Assembly (NCBI GenBank): GCA_965112635.1
Contig: OZ218778.1
Span: forward strand, 2,208,001 to 2,272,000
Length of the DNA: 64,000 bases
Reading direction: 5' to 3'
DNA from: an uncultured bacterium
GTDB taxonomy: Bacteria; Oederibacteriota; Oederibacteriia; Oederibacteriales; Oederibacteriaceae
Below are positions 61,534 to 64,000 of the stretch, piece after piece; within the stretch, counting starts at the first letter, position 1; every line of letters starts with the position of its first letter. The notes under the pieces were generated by a model. It ran no database searches. It saw nothing but the letters and a program-made list of their open reading frames with translations, and was not told where the DNA came from. The position numbers were made by a program, and so were the translations under genes.

Positions 61534-62340
61534 TCAAATAGAACTCAAATAAAAATCATCGAAGTAAAGGACGGGGTTGCTCGTTTCATTGGTCGTATCC
61601 AGAGAAAATTCTACGGCCTTGATGTCATCCGTACTCAACGAGTTCTGGGTCAATTGGTTCAAGTCCATCACGACTAGGGTGTCTTTGTTCTTGTCAAGCT
61701 TGAAGGTTTGAGAGTAAATATAGTCTTTGCTATCAATGACGGAAAGTTCAAGCGTAAGCGTTTTGTTTTGGGGATTATAGACCGAAACTTTTAGCGATTT
61801 AAAAGTTGACCAGTCATAGACAGACAACGGGGTCAAGGATTGTGTGCTCAGCACCATGGTCGATTTCCAGGTTACGGGTAAATTGCCCTGGGATATGGCG
61901 GTAATGGTCAGAAGTTTAGAATAAGACTTGGCAGAGACAGAAATGTTTGTAATTTCGGTGTAAAACGGAACGGCAGTCGAGTCAGACGAATTAAAATCTG
62001 AGGGGATCTTAAAGGTCGCCTGGCAAGACATCAGTCCGGATTTGACGTGTTGGTTCGACGGTTTTAAAACGACATAACCGTTGGTCTGCCAGTCAAAATC
62101 AGTTTTCGCATCCTCAAAATCATCCAATACCACCGTCTGCTTCTGGGGCTGGCTAAGCAAGGCCCATTTATTTTTTATATAGGTGATGGGTTTCTGTAAA
62201 ATGCTCTGGGTGTTCGGGTGTTTGATTGCTGCAGAGCCTTTTTTTGCTGGGGTGTGCCTTGGTATTGCCAACCACAGCCCAAGGAAAACTATCAGGATCG
62301 CTAGCAAGGTGATAACGATAATCGGTGCTTTTTTGTCCAT
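61534..62340 (-). CDS. Membrane-anchored protein with a carbohydrate-binding-module-like (jelly-roll) domain
   Basis: N-terminal TM; LDDFE, DWSTFKSLKVSVYNP, LYFDDFYL. Alternative start at 62355. Confidence 0.6.
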   Translation of the reverse strand: MDKKAPIIVITLLAILIVFLGLWLAIPRHTPAKKGSAAIKHPNTQSILQKPITYIKNKWALLSQPQKQTVVLDDFEDAKTDFDWQTNGYVVLKPSNQHVKSGLMSCQATFKIPSDFNSSDSTAVPFYTEITNISVSAKSYSKLLTITAISQGNLPVTWKSTMVLSTQSLTPLSVYDWSTFKSLKVSVYNPQNKTLTLELSVIDSKDYIYSQTFKLDKNKDTLVVMDLNQLTQNSLSTDDIKAVEFSLDTTNETSNPVLYFDDFYLSSI

Positions 62341-62368
62341 TTTGGACCCCTGCATAAACCTTAGGATT

Positions 62369-63985
62369 TTATAATGACGTTTCCAGCGAGATATCCCCCA
62401 TCTTCTCGGGGTTCTTTTCGCGCTCCTGGTCTTTCAAATATTTCTTAATGCTGAGACTGATCTTTCTCTCTTCAGGTGAAATTTTGATGATCTTCATAAT
62501 TTTCTGCTCGCCCGCCTTGAGGAAATTTTCCACTTTTGCAACCCGCTTTGTGTCTATCTGGGATATATGAAGCAGGCCTTCAATGCCCGGTTCTATCTCC
62601 ACAAAAGCCCCAAAGGTGGTAAATCTCAAAATCTTTCCCGTAACAATATCGCCCACCTTGTATTTGTTTATCACCATCGACCAAGGGTCTGGTTGCAGTT
62701 GTTTGATCCCAAGAGAGACCTTGCCGTTCTCCTTGTCGATAGACAATATAATAGCATTAACCGTATCGCCTTTTTTCAAAATCTCTTCGGTAGATATCCT
62801 GCCACTCCAGCTTATGTCGGTATTATGCACGAGACCCTCCACGCCCGGCACGATCTCCACAAAAACACCGTAGCGAACCAGGCTGGTCACGGTCCCCGTG
62901 ACCAGAGACCCCACAGAAAGATTCTCCAGGGCCGTTTCCAGGGGGTTGGGCTGCAGCTGTTTTACCCCCAGGGAAATTCGCTTAGCGGTTTTATCCACTT
63001 TTAATATTTTGACATCTATTTCCTGGTCAGCTTTTAGGTATTCTCTGGGATGGGCAGCGCTCTTATCCCAGCTAACTTCCGAAATATGGATCAACCCTTC
63101 GATCTGGTTATCTAAGCTGACAAACACGCCATAGTCAGTAATATGCCTGACGATCCCTTTGACGATCATCCCCGCCTGGTACCGGCTTTCGATCTCCTGC
63201 CAGGGGTCCTGGGCCAGCTGTTTAAGGCTCAGCGAAATTTTTCCCTTCTCCTTATCAATATTAATAACCAAAACTTCGAGCTCGTCCCCAACCTTGAGAC
63301 TTTCTGCTGGATTGCTGATCCGGTTCCAAGATATCTCGCTGACATGGAGCAGCCCGAAAACGCCGCCGATGTCCACAAAAGCACCGAAATCCGTCAAGCT
63401 TTTTACGCGGCCCTTTATCTTGTCTCCCATCTTTAAATTTTGGATCATCTGATCTTGATTTTTCTTTGCTTCTTCTTCCAGGACGGACCGGTTAGAAACC
63501 ACAACGTTCTTCCGTGCGGGGTCATACTTTATTATCCTGACTTTGAGGACACTACCCACTTGGACGTCTTCTTTGGAAGAATGCCTGTAACCAACTTGGG
63601 AGGCTGGAAGAAAAGCTTCCGTGCCAATATTACAAAGATATCCGCCTTTAATCTGCTTGACCAGCTTGGCATCCAGGATTTCCTGGCTCCGGAACTTTTC
63701 TTCCAAAGTCTGCCAGATCTTTTTCCTGTCCACGATGCTCTTGGATAGAATTACCCTGCCCTGCCGGTCTTCCTGTTGACGGATAAAAACCTCGATCTCG
63801 TCTCCTACCTTTGCGGATACCGTGCCGTCAAGCGATTTAAATTCCTCGATAGGGATGTTTCCTTCTGATTTGTATCCGATGTCCACGAATACATCTGAGT
63901 CCGTGATGCGAATAATAGTTCCTTTAACCACGCTGCCAGCCTCTTTATCTTTCATGCTCTCAGCGTAAATTTCATTATCAGGCAT
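62369..63985 (-). CDS. rpsA: 30S ribosomal protein S1; the frame stays open to the window edge, so it may extend further
   Basis: VDIGYKSEG, AFLPASQV, repeated DFGAFVD/GLLHVSEISW/ISLSLKQ S1 domains. Confidence 0.97.
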   Translation of the reverse strand: MPDNEIYAESMKDKEAGSVVKGTIIRITDSDVFVDIGYKSEGNIPIEEFKSLDGTVSAKVGDEIEVFIRQQEDRQGRVILSKSIVDRKKIWQTLEEKFRSQEILDAKLVKQIKGGYLCNIGTEAFLPASQVGYRHSSKEDVQVGSVLKVRIIKYDPARKNVVVSNRSVLEEEAKKNQDQMIQNLKMGDKIKGRVKSLTDFGAFVDIGGVFGLLHVSEISWNRISNPAESLKVGDELEVLVINIDKEKGKISLSLKQLAQDPWQEIESRYQAGMIVKGIVRHITDYGVFVSLDNQIEGLIHISEVSWDKSAAHPREYLKADQEIDVKILKVDKTAKRISLGVKQLQPNPLETALENLSVGSLVTGTVTSLVRYGVFVEIVPGVEGLVHNTDISWSGRISTEEILKKGDTVNAIILSIDKENGKVSLGIKQLQPDPWSMVINKYKVGDIVTGKILRFTTFGAFVEIEPGIEGLLHISQIDTKRVAKVENFLKAGEQKIMKIIKISPEERKISLSIKKYLKDQEREKNPEKMGDISLETSL

Positions 63986-64000
63986 AACTTTAGCGTTAAT

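Overview
Bacterial chromosomal segment from a diderm organism. PorV-like barrel and Thr-rich proteins with T9SS-like C-terminal domains suggest a poorly characterised lineage; this is inference only. The window appears to span the replication terminus. A well-formed dif site (56032-56059) lies exactly where gene orientation flips, in the centre of a strongly AT-rich trough of housekeeping genes (der, plsY, gpsA, ihfA, merR, gmk, yicC), about 3-5 kb from xerD-scpB-scpA. The left part is mostly core genes (gap-pgk-tpiA-secG, peptide-binding protein, yqeK, LCP, tRNA thiolase-like, mutL, miaA). It also holds an FG-GAP/Thr-stalk surface protein with a PorV-like partner and an unusual 1844-aa protein in which a HicB-like domain is fused to a beta-propeller and about 13 Ig/Fn3-like domains without a signal peptide. 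After miaA comes a 2.36-kb ORF-free region with an array of degenerate 10-5-10 palindromes, followed by a membrane-anchored wHTH gene. An accessory region (26-50 kb) follows, with Sel1, Sel1-caspase, HEAT, beta-helix, GH32, GH10, GH3, DUF2779 and a duplicated Zn-finger/DoxX module. Two tRNAs (Thr-CGT, Leu-CAA) are present. No CRISPR array, transposase or prophage was seen. All calls are by eye, without database searches.
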